Shown here: positions 17,120-26,089 of the stretch, piece by piece
Layout of the letters: every line of letters begins with the position of its first letter
Position numbering within the stretch: the first letter of the stretch is position 1
Assembly: GCA_041742355.1 (NCBI GenBank)
Contig: JBGSIV010000303.1
Location: 1-31,864, forward strand
Origin: Candidatus Zixiibacteriota bacterium
GTDB lineage: Bacteria > Zixibacteria > MSB-5A5 > GN15 > FEB-12
Length of the DNA stretch: 31,864 nucleotides
Direction: 5' to 3'
The notes under the pieces: generated by a model
The model's database searches: none
Seen by the model: the letters and a program-made list of their open reading frames with translations, nothing else
What the model was told of the DNA's origin: nothing
Translations under genes and position numbers: made by a program

Positions 17120-17632
17120 CTACTCCGGATCCTGATTCTCGGCCATCTTCACCTGCGTCTGATCGTGTTCCATCCGGAGCACCTGCAGGTAATCACCCAC
17201 GAGACGGTAGCGGTTGGAGAACGCCTGGCTGTTCTCAAATCCCTTGAGCAGCCGTTTCTTCACCTTCAGCCACTGGTCGACATCGGCCAGGTCGTCCAGC
17301 ACCTCAAGCTGCTCGGCCGTCAGCGGAACACCTTTTGCCCGCGATGTGAAACCTTCGGTACGCTTGCGGCAGACTTCGTAGCGCCAGCGCGTCTGCTCGA
17401 TGTCTCTCCGGAAGAATTCGATAATACGCCGCTCCCACTTGACAATCTGGTCGGAGTCGGCCTTGAGATTAGCGTCGTGCCACAGGTTGATCAGTTGAAT
17501 CAGATCGCCGATTGATTCTCCGGCCGTCGCCCCGATCGGGGCGGTTTCGGTCTGTTCGGCTGCCGGGGGGGTTGCCGCCCACGCACCTGCCGCGACCAAT
17601 GCCAGGCACAGCACAAGAGCTCTGGAGCGCAT
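17120..17632 (-). CDS. Hypothetical secreted alpha-helical protein
   Basis: ATG 17632 after AAGGAG; signal peptide MRSRALVLCLALVAAGAWA. Confidence 0.7.
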   Translation of the reverse strand: MRSRALVLCLALVAAGAWAATPPAAEQTETAPIGATAGESIGDLIQLINLWHDANLKADSDQIVKWERRIIEFFRRDIEQTRWRYEVCRKRTEGFTSRAKGVPLTAEQLEVLDDLADVDQWLKVKKRLLKGFENSQAFSNRYRLVGDYLQVLRMEHDQTQVKMAENQDPE

Positions 17633-17795
17633 ATACCTTCTCCTTGTGAAACAGTTCTCGCTGGGAGACAGGAGTACAAACTCCGTGCCGCGGCGGAAGC
17701 CATCGTCTCCCCTCAAATTCCCGGCGAATCCCGTGGTGCGGACCCGAGTTGCGGGAACAACAGAGCAGACTATGGGATTCTCCCCATAGGAAATC

Positions 17796-18413
17796 ATGAT
17801 TCCCCTGACGGTCAAAATCACCCTGGTCGGAATCGGCGCGGTCGCGCTGGCGGCTTTTGTGCCGCCGTTGGCTGCCTGGTACCGCCGGTATCGTCACCGC
17901 CCGCCTGTCGTGCGGATCGGCGGCTTCGCCATAGAGCACCTCTCCCACCTGGCGCTAGTTATCCACCATGCCCTGGCGATTCTGCTGCTTCTCTCGATCG
18001 ACCCGCTTGTCTTCGTGCCGTACCATGATCTTTATGCGCATCTTTCTCCGGCCGGAGTAGTGGTGACTGCCGTCATGGGAATTCTCCTGTTCGCCGCAGG
18101 GAACATTCTCCGCGTGTGGGCAACCTATGCCATGGGTGCATCGTTCGACAAGGCTGTGCTCGTGCGGCAGGATCACCGGCTGGCGACCGGCGGCCCCTTC
18201 CGTCTTTCACGGCACCCGATCTACGCCGGGAATCTGCTGGCCGAGGTCGGGCTGGGAACCGCTCTGGGAAGCTGGCCGCTGGTGGCCTTTACGCTGCTGG
18301 TGAGTCTGCCCGTCAACAACTGGCGGGCATCCCGGGAGGAGCGCCTGCTGCTGGAACATTTCGGGGAGGAATACCGGGCGTACCAGAGCCGGGTCGGGCG
18401 CTGGTGGCCATGA
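17796..18413 (+). CDS. Isoprenylcysteine carboxyl methyltransferase / PEMT family membrane protein
   Basis: HRLATGGPFRLSRHPIYAG, REERLLLEHFGEEYRAY. Confidence 0.9.
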   Translation: MIPLTVKITLVGIGAVALAAFVPPLAAWYRRYRHRPPVVRIGGFAIEHLSHLALVIHHALAILLLLSIDPLVFVPYHDLYAHLSPAGVVVTAVMGILLFAAGNILRVWATYAMGASFDKAVLVRQDHRLATGGPFRLSRHPIYAGNLLAEVGLGTALGSWPLVAFTLLVSLPVNNWRASREERLLLEHFGEEYRAYQSRVGRWWP

Positions 18414-18445
18414 GAAAGCTTATACTCCAGAGTCGATGAGAGAAT

Positions 18446-19417
18446 CTACTTTCCGGACTCCCTGGCCTCTTTGCGACGGGAGTATTCTTTGCCGACGATA
18501 TCGAGCATCTGGAATCCCATGGCGGAGTCGACCGCAAAGAGCCGCTGCAAGACCGTATCCGCCTGCGGGAGCATATCCGCCAGAGAGTAGGCGGCGCCCA
18601 GTCCGATCCAGCCCGCCCAATAGGTCGAATCGACCTCGGTGACACGGCCGAACTCCTCGATCGCTTCAGCGTATCGCTTCTGGTCCAGGTAAATGAGCCC
18701 CAGCGACTGCAGCGCACCCAGGTGTGCCGGCTGCATCTCCAGCACGGTTTTGTAGTGCTTGATAGCCACATCCTGCTTGCCGAGGCGGCCCTTCACGGTG
18801 GCCAGAAAATAGTGCAGATCAGGCGAGCTGCCACCGGCCTGCAGGCTTTGCTCGAAGTAGTATTCGGCACTGTCGAGAGTTGCCGACGAGGCAAAGGCAG
18901 TGCCAAGGCTGAAGGCAACAATCGGGCTCTTTGGCGCCAGTTCCAGGGCGCTCCGAAGCACCGGCAGCGCTTTACTGATCTGACCGGCTCGGCTGTACTC
19001 CTGCCCCAGATTCGTTAGGTAGGACGGGTTCTTGGGGACGAGACGAACCGCCCGCTCGAAGTACTCAATCGCTTTGGCTCCGTTCCGCTCCTCGCTGTAC
19101 ACTGCCCCCAGGTTGTTGGCTACTTCCGCCGAGTTGGGATCGAGCTTGATTGCTTCCTCCAGGCAGGATTTCGCCTTGGTTGGATTCCCGGTAGCCGCAT
19201 ACGCGGCCCCGAGGTTCGAAAGAGCCTCAAGGTTGCCGGGGGAGAGCTCCACCACCCGGCTGTAGGCCTCGATTGCCCGGCTGTACTTCTGGTTCTGCAT
19301 GGCTTTGCCGCCGATCTCGAGGTAGAGCTTCAGGGAGTCGCCGGGAGGGGCCGCAACTACTGCCGAAGCAAGCAGCGCAGCGCCGAGGATGAGGAGCGTC
19401 AGTCTCATAGTCTTCAT
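18446..19417 (-). CDS. Secreted tetratricopeptide-repeat protein
   Basis: Signal peptide followed by tandem TPRs (e.g. ALSNLGAAY, ANNLGAVY, LTNLGQEY); TTGACG-17-TATTGT promoter just upstream. Confidence 0.9.
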   Translation of the reverse strand: MKTMRLTLLILGAALLASAVVAAPPGDSLKLYLEIGGKAMQNQKYSRAIEAYSRVVELSPGNLEALSNLGAAYAATGNPTKAKSCLEEAIKLDPNSAEVANNLGAVYSEERNGAKAIEYFERAVRLVPKNPSYLTNLGQEYSRAGQISKALPVLRSALELAPKSPIVAFSLGTAFASSATLDSAEYYFEQSLQAGGSSPDLHYFLATVKGRLGKQDVAIKHYKTVLEMQPAHLGALQSLGLIYLDQKRYAEAIEEFGRVTEVDSTYWAGWIGLGAAYSLADMLPQADTVLQRLFAVDSAMGFQMLDIVGKEYSRRKEARESGK

Positions 19418-19538
19418 ATCGGCTTATACAATACTACCTGTGAGACATTCCGTCAATGGCTCCCGAAATCTGCCTTTGGCGGTGCGGCTGGAAGAACCGG
19501 CAAGAGCGCTTCCCAAGACCCGTCCGGTACATACGAAC

Positions 19539-19563
19539 GGGGCGGGAGCCAGGCTCCCGCCCC
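19539..19563 (-). terminator. GC-rich hairpin after the porin gene
   Basis: GGGGCGGGAGC-CAG-GCTCCCGCCCC, weak U tract. Confidence 0.5.
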
Positions 19564-19591
19564 AGGATGTGTTCCTATGTCCCTAAGCCAC

Positions 19592-20761
19592 TTAGAAGGC
19601 GGTGACAATCCCCAGGAGGAATGAATTCTCTTCGTTCTCGGCGTCGAAGATGTTCTCAATCGTCAGGCGAACGTTTGTGTTGAGCATGTAGCCGACATGG
19701 CCGGTAATGGTGGTATACGTAGGCAGGGCGTCGGATTCCACGTAGTTGAAGAGTGCCACGCCGTACCACTTTGATTGGTCGCCGTTCGGCCAGTAGGTCG
19801 CTTCGGCCATCCCGCCGCGCGTCTCTATTTCGTTTTGCGGCAAGGTGATAAGAAAGTCCGGGTTGTCGTCGCGCCGCTCCACATACTGAAGGTTGAGCGC
19901 GAGCGTGCCGTACTCTACCGAGGCATCAGCGCCAGCCATCCAGACTTCGTTGCGGATATCGGCTTCGTCGGCCTCCTTGCCGTAGTATCCAAAAGCCCCG
20001 ATCCGGAGGTAGTCGTTTATTCCCTGTGAGATTCGCCCCAGGAAGTTCTTGTATTTGTCGTCGTCGTACACACGGGTCGAGCCCTCGGCAGTGACCAACC
20101 CGTTTCCGTTGACGACTTCGGCAACGAGGTCGGTGCCGGTGGGGGCGCTATAGGTCAGCATGAGCCCCCGGTCGTACTTCAGGTTAATGTCCGACTCCCC
20201 GGGTGCCGCGCCGTACACTTCGTAATCCTCGTAGGTGAGCCGCAGCTCCCGCTTGAACAGCGGGTCGGATACCTGAAACTGGCCGAGGTAGAGATCGAGA
20301 TCTTTGCCGAACAGATCATTGAACATGATAAACGCGTCTTCGACCCCGGCTACTTCGCCGCGTTCGCTGATGTAGAAGTAGAAGTAGTAGGCGAGATTCT
20401 TGGCGATCGCTCCGCCCGAAAGCAGCTTGAGATTGTAAGGTGTGCTGAGGTCAACTTCGTTACCGCTGGCGGTTTCGTGGCGTACCCAGCCCTCGAGTCG
20501 GACAGCGAGCGGCAGATCACGGATGAGGGCGAGGTTGTCGTCCCCCGTCTGCACATAGTAACGGGGCGCGTCCTGTTCCTTCAGAGTGAATCCGTCGCCG
20601 GCGAACTCTTCGCCGTACGCTTTCAACCGCGGATACGGCTGATGGCAGGTCGTGCAGGACATGCTGTACTTGCGGGCGAACGCGGGAATAGCTTCGGCAT
20701 CCGGCGCCAGCATCACGCCGAGTGCCAGGGCTGTCAACAGCAGGAGTGAGATCTTCTTCAT
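19592..20761 (-). CDS. Outer-membrane beta-barrel (porin-like) with N-terminal c-type heme motif
   Basis: Signal peptide ending AEA, then IPAFARKYSMSCTTCH; alternating beta-strand pattern; C-terminal Phe; ATG 20761 after AAGGAG. Confidence 0.8.
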   Translation of the reverse strand: MKKISLLLLTALALGVMLAPDAEAIPAFARKYSMSCTTCHQPYPRLKAYGEEFAGDGFTLKEQDAPRYYVQTGDDNLALIRDLPLAVRLEGWVRHETASGNEVDLSTPYNLKLLSGGAIAKNLAYYFYFYISERGEVAGVEDAFIMFNDLFGKDLDLYLGQFQVSDPLFKRELRLTYEDYEVYGAAPGESDINLKYDRGLMLTYSAPTGTDLVAEVVNGNGLVTAEGSTRVYDDDKYKNFLGRISQGINDYLRIGAFGYYGKEADEADIRNEVWMAGADASVEYGTLALNLQYVERRDDNPDFLITLPQNEIETRGGMAEATYWPNGDQSKWYGVALFNYVESDALPTYTTITGHVGYMLNTNVRLTIENIFDAENEENSFLLGIVTAF

Positions 20762-20775
20762 GGCTCGTTTCTCCT

Positions 20776-22170
20776 TCACGGCAGGACCGTGACGTTGGTG
20801 GCGTACTGGTTGACCACGACAACTTCAGCTTCCTCTTCCGGAACCGAGAGGAACTCCGCGACCGGCGTCATCAGCTTCTGGTAGTTGAGAGTGGCGGTGA
20901 TCTTCATTTCGCCGGCGGCCGCATTATCCGGTATGGGGAAAGTGAAGGTTTCGGTTTTCGTTTCGCGCGGCCCGATGCGGTAGTCGACGCCGAACGAGGC
21001 GGTGTTCCACTGCTGGATGGTCATCCGGCCCTGGGGGTCGAGGTAGGGCATGCGGAAGATGCGGTCACCGACCGGGATACCGTCACGCTGCACGCCGGGG
21101 AAATCCGGCTTGTCGAGCGGCACGCCCATGTCCTGATAGGCCAGGGCATCGGCTCCGATCGTCAGTTCCTCGCCCGCGAAGCCCTTCTTGTCAACCGGCA
21201 GGTGGTACACGTTGCCGGCGGCATCGGTCGCTTCGACATGGAGCCAGACGATGCGGTCCTCAACCGATCCGGTCGGGAACTTGTGCCCGGTTTTCTGATT
21301 GAACAGGGCGACGCGAATTACGACAGGCTCTCCCGGTGCGACCTCGCGGAGGTCGGGCCAGGCGACCAGTTCGATCGTCCCTTTCACTTTTCCCGTCACG
21401 TGGGCGCCATGGAACAGGTGCTGAGTGACATTCGGGTGCTCGTTGCCCATTGAGGCCGACGTCCCCGGGCTATAGGTCATGTGGCAATCCTGGCAGCGCA
21501 CCCCCTCCTTCGCGTATGGTCCCTCCGACCACTCGATATGCGTGGCTTTTACCCAGGCGCCATAGGGACTCTGCTCGTTGTGGCAGGTGCCGCAGAATTC
21601 GGCTGTGCGGATGAAGTCGGACTGTTCCATTTCGTGAGCGGGCGATTGCTTCGCCTCCTGAGGGGTCCGGGGCCCCTGTTTCTTCTTCCCCGGCGACGAA
21701 ATGAAGTTGAAGTTGAACGGGCGGTCTCCTTTGAAGCCCACCGCCGTGTGGCAGATGTCACACGACACGGCTTCGTTGGCCCGGCTGTTTTCCGACGGCC
21801 GCGGCGGGGGAACATCCCCGGCGAGGAACGACAACGGGGCATGGCAACCGTTGCAGCCCGCCTTCACCCCGGCGACCTTGGCGTCCTTCTCGGCGTGCGG
21901 CACGGCCAAGTTGAAGTATTCGATCTCATCCCAGTGGTGGGTGTATGCCTGCGACATCATCGACTGCTGCCACTGACGATAAATATTCGTGTGGCATGAT
22001 GTGCCGCAGTAGCCGGGAGTTTCGTAGTCGTCGTAACTGCGCGTCCCCAGGGCTTCCTCGCCCGCCGGGGTCGCACTCTCGGCGGCCAGAATCGGGTTGC
22101 CGGATGTCGCGAGGAGCAGCAACGCTCCCCCCAGCGTCAGCAGGTGCAGTAGCCGAGCAGCAGGGCTCAT
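20776..22170 (-). CDS. Exported multiheme c-type cytochrome (four CxxCH plus one CxxxCH)
   Basis: Signal peptide; CGTSCH, CNGCH, CDICH, CGTCH, CQDCH; GHKFPTGS in a beta-rich C-terminal domain. Confidence 0.9.
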   Translation of the reverse strand: MSPAARLLHLLTLGGALLLLATSGNPILAAESATPAGEEALGTRSYDDYETPGYCGTSCHTNIYRQWQQSMMSQAYTHHWDEIEYFNLAVPHAEKDAKVAGVKAGCNGCHAPLSFLAGDVPPPRPSENSRANEAVSCDICHTAVGFKGDRPFNFNFISSPGKKKQGPRTPQEAKQSPAHEMEQSDFIRTAEFCGTCHNEQSPYGAWVKATHIEWSEGPYAKEGVRCQDCHMTYSPGTSASMGNEHPNVTQHLFHGAHVTGKVKGTIELVAWPDLREVAPGEPVVIRVALFNQKTGHKFPTGSVEDRIVWLHVEATDAAGNVYHLPVDKKGFAGEELTIGADALAYQDMGVPLDKPDFPGVQRDGIPVGDRIFRMPYLDPQGRMTIQQWNTASFGVDYRIGPRETKTETFTFPIPDNAAAGEMKITATLNYQKLMTPVAEFLSVPEEEAEVVVVNQYATNVTVLP

Positions 22171-22345
22171 GAGACTCTCCTTGTGTTAGCAGGTTCGATC
22201 CTCCCCATGATCCAACCAATCCTCGATGGTCAACCGGAAGATCCATCTTGGCAGAGGAGCCGTCAAGCAAATCCGTCCAGCAATGAGTCAGAAGGCCTCT
22301 ATTTGGCGATTTCTTCGCGAGGCATTCGCAGGCCGTCGGGATACG

Positions 22346-22371
22346 AAAACGGCCCCCAGGGTGGGGGCCGT
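22346..22371 (-). terminator. Intrinsic terminator after rex
   Basis: ACGGCCCCC-loop-GGGGGCCGT followed by T run on the - strand. Confidence 0.75.
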
Positions 22372-22418
22372 GAATCTGTTCTATATCGGCCGAGGAGCAA
22401 ACGGAGCGGGCAGCCGCT

Positions 22419-23105
22419 TCAGGTGTGCTTGACGGCCTTTTTGGCAGGGTTGTTCACGAGCGCAAACGACAGGTACTCCAACTCCATCGACATGTTTTCG
22501 TTGCGCAGGTACACTTCATCGGGCACGCGCAGGTTGACCGGTGCGAAATTGAGGATCGCCCGCACGCCCGCTTTCACCACATCATCGACCAGGTACTGCG
22601 CCACAGTCGCCGGAACCGCCAGCACGACAATTTCTATGCCCGCATCCCTGATTTCGGTTTCGAGGTTGGCGATATCCGAAACAATGATTCCCTTGTGGTT
22701 GGAGCCGATCTTGCGCTGGTCGTTGTCGAACAGCTTCACGATGTGGAAGCCCTGTTTCATGAATTCCTTGTAGCTGACCAGCGCCGATCCGATATTCCCC
22801 ACGCCGACGAGGGCGACCTGCCACACCCGATCGATGCCGAGAATGGCGGCGATGCGCTGCTTGAGTTCAGGCACCGGATACCCGAGTCCCCGTGTCCCGA
22901 ATGAGCCAAAGAACGACAGATCCTTGCGCACCTGGGCCGGAGTCAATTTCTCGCGCTTGGCGAGCTCTTTCGACGAAACCGTTTCGTAGTTCTCTCGCTC
23001 CAGCAGGGTCAACGCCCGGCAGTATAGCGACAGCCGGTGAATCGTCGATTCCGAGATTTTCTTCTTAATGCCCGTTTTGCTTGCGACGTTCATTTGGGTA
23101 CTCAC
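22419..23105 (-). CDS. rex: Redox-sensing transcriptional repressor Rex
   Basis: RLSLY, VSSKELA, QVRKDLSFFG.FG.RG.GY, VGVGNIGSAL, ILNFAP; alternative start ATG 23093. Confidence 0.97.
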   Translation of the reverse strand: MSTQMNVASKTGIKKKISESTIHRLSLYCRALTLLERENYETVSSKELAKREKLTPAQVRKDLSFFGSFGTRGLGYPVPELKQRIAAILGIDRVWQVALVGVGNIGSALVSYKEFMKQGFHIVKLFDNDQRKIGSNHKGIIVSDIANLETEIRDAGIEIVVLAVPATVAQYLVDDVVKAGVRAILNFAPVNLRVPDEVYLRNENMSMELEYLSFALVNNPAKKAVKHT

Positions 23106-23133
23106 ACCTGAATGTTACCATCATTCACAATAT

Positions 23134-23151
23134 ATGTGAAATGAATCACAA
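23134..23151. promoter_or_regulatory. Rex operator (autoregulation)
   Basis: ATGTGAA-ATGA-ATCACAA over the predicted transcription start; extra TTCACAA half-site at 23124-23130. Confidence 0.75.
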
Positions 23152-23154
23152 GAG

Positions 23155-23183
23155 AGTATATCCATGCCAAGAAAGCCTGTCAA
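23155..23183 (-). promoter_or_regulatory. rex promoter
   Basis: TTGACA-17 nt-TATACT. Confidence 0.8.
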
Positions 23184-23300
23184 TAGAATTCTCGTAATAT
23201 ATTCGGCAGGAAGCCCGGCTATGTTGAGTTTTAGTAATAACTTTCGTGATCACAAACGCGGGTCGAACCAAACCGGGTCAGCTAGTTGCACGCCAACCAT

Positions 23301-24455
23301 TTAATCCACGATCATGCGTGGAATGGCCGATGATAGTCGGGCTACCACCTCATAGTTGATGGTCCCGGCCCAATCCCCGACCTGTTCGGCCGTGACTGCG
23401 TCAGCACCGTCCCGGCCGATCAGAGTGACTTCATCATGGAGCCTGACCCCGCGGATGTCGGTCACGTCTATCATCATGAGATTCATGCAAATACGACCAC
23501 GCACCGGAGCCCGACGGCCGTGCACGAGAACATAAGAGCGGTTGGAGAGCGCCCGGTCATAACCATCGTAGTACCCAATCGGCACTACGGCCAACCGGGT
23601 GGTCGAGGTCGTCCGATACGTGCAGCCGTAGCCGACAAAGCTGTCAGCCGGGACTTTCTTCAGCTGCGTGATGCGGGTTTTCCACGTCAGCACCGGTTCG
23701 AACAGCCGGTTGGCGCCCCCTTGCAGCCGGTAGGAGAGGTATGTTTCTTTCGAGGGCCAGTGACCGTAGACTGAGATGCCAGGGCGAACCAGTTCGAACC
23801 GGGTCTTGTCAAATAGGATGGTGGCGGCCGACGACGCGGTGTGGCGAATTTCGGGGGGGATGCCCAGCTTCTTCAGTTGTGCCACCATCGCCTGGTAATT
23901 GGCCAGTTGAAATTCGGCGTAGTCGTGATTGGTCGTATCCTCGATGTTGGCGAAATGCATCGAGACGCCATAGGGGCGGCCGAGTGATCGGAACTGCTTG
24001 TAGGTTTTCGCCGCCGCCGCCAGTTCATCGGGAGCGAAACCCTGGCGGTTGGTGCCGGTCTCCAGTTTCAGGTGCGTGAGAATGCGAACATTGCGACGGT
24101 TCCCCAGTTTGCCCAGTTCCTTCAGCGTGTGCAGGTCGAAAACGGCCGGCTCGAGGTTGTGTGCGACCACCTCGTCGTAGTGCCCTGGTGGCATCGGCCC
24201 CAGCACCATAATTCGTCCGGTCCAGCCTGCCATTCGGGCGGCAAGGGCTTCTTCGAGCGAGTGGACGGTCACGTATGCGCACCGACCGACTTCGGTGAGC
24301 ATACGGATGATCTCCGGGAGACCGTGGCCGTACGCATTGCTCTTGACCGACGGCGCGAGGGTGCGCGCCCCGGCCAGACGGCAGAGGGATTCGATATTGT
24401 GTCGCAGGCTAGAGCGCGACAGCTCGATCCAGTTGAGGTACTTCGGTGCGGCCAT
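23301..24455 (-). CDS. alr: Alanine racemase
   Basis: SVKSNAYGHG, HLKLETGTNRQG, VRPGISVYG, VGYG, PIGYYDGY, GRICMN, GTINYE. Confidence 0.95.
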   Translation of the reverse strand: MAAPKYLNWIELSRSSLRHNIESLCRLAGARTLAPSVKSNAYGHGLPEIIRMLTEVGRCAYVTVHSLEEALAARMAGWTGRIMVLGPMPPGHYDEVVAHNLEPAVFDLHTLKELGKLGNRRNVRILTHLKLETGTNRQGFAPDELAAAAKTYKQFRSLGRPYGVSMHFANIEDTTNHDYAEFQLANYQAMVAQLKKLGIPPEIRHTASSAATILFDKTRFELVRPGISVYGHWPSKETYLSYRLQGGANRLFEPVLTWKTRITQLKKVPADSFVGYGCTYRTTSTTRLAVVPIGYYDGYDRALSNRSYVLVHGRRAPVRGRICMNLMMIDVTDIRGVRLHDEVTLIGRDGADAVTAEQVGDWAGTINYEVVARLSSAIPRMIVD

Positions 24456-24608
24456 ACGGCTAGTTTATACAGCAGCGGACGAATGGAGGACAAGTAAAAG
24501 TTTATCGATTCCCGTGGGCTGAATCTCGCGTAAAGATGCCGCCGCCGACTGCCGATACCTTACCTGCTATTCAGGGAAGCTAACCGACGGTGCAAAAGGG
24601 GACTGCTG

Positions 24609-25064
24609 ATGATTGATCGAACCGAGGTGGCCAAAAACTCGCTGGCCCACATCCTGCCGAATATCGATCGGGTGAGTGAGCGTTTCTACGCCACCCTGCT
24701 CGCCCGCGACCATTCGCTGCGGCCGATTCTCGACAGGGTCGATGCCCGGGCGCGGAGCGTCGTGCTTCGCAATGGGCTGGCGGCGATTGTCGCCAATCTC
24801 GACCGGCCGCTCGTGCTTGAATCGATTCTCCACGAGATCGGGCGCATTCATCACCGCCTCGGCGTCCGGCGCGACCAGATCGGCATCGCGCTGGATTCTC
24901 TCCTGTACGCTCTTCGGGAAGTGGTGCCGAACTGGGACGCCACGCTGGAGGAAGCCTGGATCGAGGTGGCGGCCGTCATGATGGAGCACATCGAGCGGGG
25001 CATGGTGTCCGGTCGCCTGCGGCCTGTTCACGTCGCCGGTCAAGACAATGCCGGGGCCAACTGA
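24609..25064 (+). CDS. Single-domain globin (flavohemoglobin-type globin fold), atypical heme pocket
   Basis: RFYATL, IGRIHHRLGV (proximal His), SLLYAL, W...LEEAW. Confidence 0.8.
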   Translation: MIDRTEVAKNSLAHILPNIDRVSERFYATLLARDHSLRPILDRVDARARSVVLRNGLAAIVANLDRPLVLESILHEIGRIHHRLGVRRDQIGIALDSLLYALREVVPNWDATLEEAWIEVAAVMMEHIERGMVSGRLRPVHVAGQDNAGAN

Positions 25065-25093
25065 CCCCGGCATCGGACTTCCTGGTCTTTCGA

Positions 25094-25579
25094 CTACCGA
25101 ACCTTGTCCAGCATCCCCCGCACCTTGCGCACATGCCCTTCCTCGAATGACACCAGCCGTTCGAACATCTTCTTGCCGTCGTCACTCTGCACGAATCCAA
25201 GGGCCTTGACATAAATGTCGCGCGCCTGCTCCTCGAGGCGAAGGGCGATTCCGAGGATATCCTTGAGAGAATTGGTCCGGGCGACCTCGGCGATCAATTC
25301 ACGGTGGGTCTGATTCATCTCCTCGGGCATTTCCGGAAGCCCTTCCTGCTTCATGATATCGGCGGTGCTGATCCACTTCTCGCTGCGCACGAGCGAATCG
25401 TATTGCCGCTCGAGGAGGTGGAAGTGCCGCTTCTCCTCCAGCGCCAGCTCTTCGAGTATGCCCTTGATCTCGGCCGCCTGCTGCTTCTTAAGCGCCTCAC
25501 GGTAAAACACGTAGCTGGCGACTTCGGCCTGAATGCCCGAGGTGAGCGCTTGGAGCGTTTCCTGATTGACGGGGGTCAT
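25094..25579 (-). CDS. Ferritin-like / rubrerythrin di-iron domain protein
   Basis: Two E...ExxH modules (QAE..SY.FY, LALEEKRH, RLEEQA..IY, FEEGH); no rubredoxin domain. Confidence 0.88.
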   Translation of the reverse strand: MTPVNQETLQALTSGIQAEVASYVFYREALKKQQAAEIKGILEELALEEKRHFHLLERQYDSLVRSEKWISTADIMKQEGLPEMPEEMNQTHRELIAEVARTNSLKDILGIALRLEEQARDIYVKALGFVQSDDGKKMFERLVSFEEGHVRKVRGMLDKVR

Positions 25580-25710
25580 GACGGTCTATCCTTCCGTAAA
25601 CGGGTCGAATTTCTTCTCAGCATGCCCAATAATGGCCCATTTGGTCACACTTGTCAAGGAAGGGAGCAGGGGGGACAGACCGGGCCGAGCGGAAAGAGCC
25701 GTCCGCCCCG

Positions 25711-25742
25711 AAATCAACCGGCCGAGTCGATAGACTCGGCCG
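25711..25742 (-). terminator. Probable terminator of the OsmC-DUF302-small-gene run
   Basis: 10-bp stem CGGCCGAGTC/GACTCGGCCG followed by GTTGATTT on the - strand. Confidence 0.55.
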
Positions 25743-25844
25743 TGGTGTCGTCAGTTAAGGAGGTTTCTGTCTGATGCAGTCTTATTGCGCGGAGCGCCGG
25801 AATGATCTCACGTTATGCTTCCTCAACGTCCGCCAGCACTCGTC

Positions 25845-25877
25845 GGCTCCGCAACCTGCGGAACGGGAAGATCAGCC
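25845..25877 (-). promoter_or_regulatory. Candidate bacterial SECIS element for the FmdB gene
   Basis: After UGA: ggc..UCCGCA-GGU-UGCGGA-gcc; loop G at +22. Confidence 0.65.
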
Positions 25878-26069
25878 TCACCGAAAGCCGCTGCCGGCGG
25901 GCGCCGCACAGCCACCGCCGCTTGTGCTGCCGCTACATGCGAAGCTCGAGAGCTTGCGGTTGGGTTTACTTGAGCCGCAATTCGGACAGACAACTGGCGT
26001 ATCGGCCGAGTTAACCAACTCTTCAAATTCTCGGCCGCATTCGGCACACTGGTACTCAAAGATGGGCAT
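25872..26069 (-). CDS. FmdB family zinc-ribbon protein, candidate selenoprotein ending ...GSGFR-U-G
   Basis: MPIFEYQCAECG..FE, CPNCGS; TGA (25880-25878), GGC, TGA (25874-25872) plus SECIS-like hairpin. Without read-through the CDS ends at 25878. Confidence 0.8.
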
Positions 26070-26089
26070 GCTTCAACTACCTCTATTCA

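Noticed and set aside
17644..17661. Third Rex site TTGTGAA-ACAG-TTCTCGC
   Set aside because: Three mismatches in one half-site; too weak without conservation data
20776..22170. Equivalence to the Geobacter multiheme selenoprotein (ExtKL type)
   Set aside because: No in-frame TGA and no Cys outside the five heme motifs, so no Sec/Cys catalytic residue is visible
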